Assembly (NCBI RefSeq): GCF_006345805.1
Contig: NC_043001.1
Coordinates: forward strand, 15,190,001-15,254,000
Direction of reading: 5' to 3'
Length of the DNA: 64,000 bases
Source: Octopus sinensis
Taxonomy: Eukaryota
The first letter of the stretch is position 1. Each line of letters opens with the position of its first letter. The notes beneath the pieces are model-generated. The model was not told the DNA's origin and made no database searches. It was given only the letters and a program-made list of their open reading frames with translations. This document shows, in pieces, positions 63,755 through 64,000 of the stretch. The position numbers and the translations under genes are program-made.

Positions 63755-64000
63755 ATCTTCCACAAACCCCTTCCCTCTATCTGTGTCCACTCATTACACC
63801 CCTTCCCTCCATCTACCACTCTACTTTCACAATCTCATAAACTCACCTGCTCATCCTCTTGAATCCCCAGCACACTTGCTCTCATTACCACCTCCCTTCT
63901 TCCCCTCACTCTCTCCCCACCTGAAGTAGCCATGTTTCCAAAACTACTTCCCTTCTCAGTTGAGGTGGGGGGAAGGGTCTTGCAAGTTATTCATGTCACA
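63755..64000 (+). mobile_element. RTE 3' UTR C/T-rich module (runs off the window)
   Basis: Reverse complement of 44255-44500-type sequence (CTCAGTTGAG..GTCTTGCAAGTTA). Confidence 0.7.

Noticed and set aside
63845-63915. Perfect donor CAG|GTGAGT on the minus strand
   Set aside because: Lies inside the RTE UTR module; at most a cryptic site.

Overview
AT-rich, repeat-dense eukaryotic DNA. The repeat families and microsatellite content look like an octopod cephalopod (Octopus sp.); this is recognition from memory, not a database result. No prokaryotic features, CRISPR array, rRNA or true tRNA gene are present, and no complete protein-coding gene can be supported. Unique sequence looks A>T on the + strand (judged by eye), consistent with intronic DNA of a large minus-strand gene. 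A few short candidate exons with plausible splice sites exist but cannot be assigned to a protein. The content is mostly mobile DNA: three tRNA-headed SINE families (A with a CORE-like domain, B with a Deu/Nin-like domain, C), many 5'-truncated RTE LINE 3' ends plus RTE coding fossils, a decayed mariner transposase, a decayed Helitron (Rep and helicase fragments plus a 3' terminus), and piggyBac-, hAT- and TA-type MITEs. The most interesting structures are a ~570-bp foldback element made of two inverted mariner 3' ends, several closely spaced inverted repeat pairs (candidate dsRNA/ADAR substrates), minisatellites apparently born from a Helitron Rep exon and from a SINE 5' end, locally templated filler insertions, and an 85-bp target-site-like duplication. 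Most ORFs in the supplied track are artefacts of repeats.
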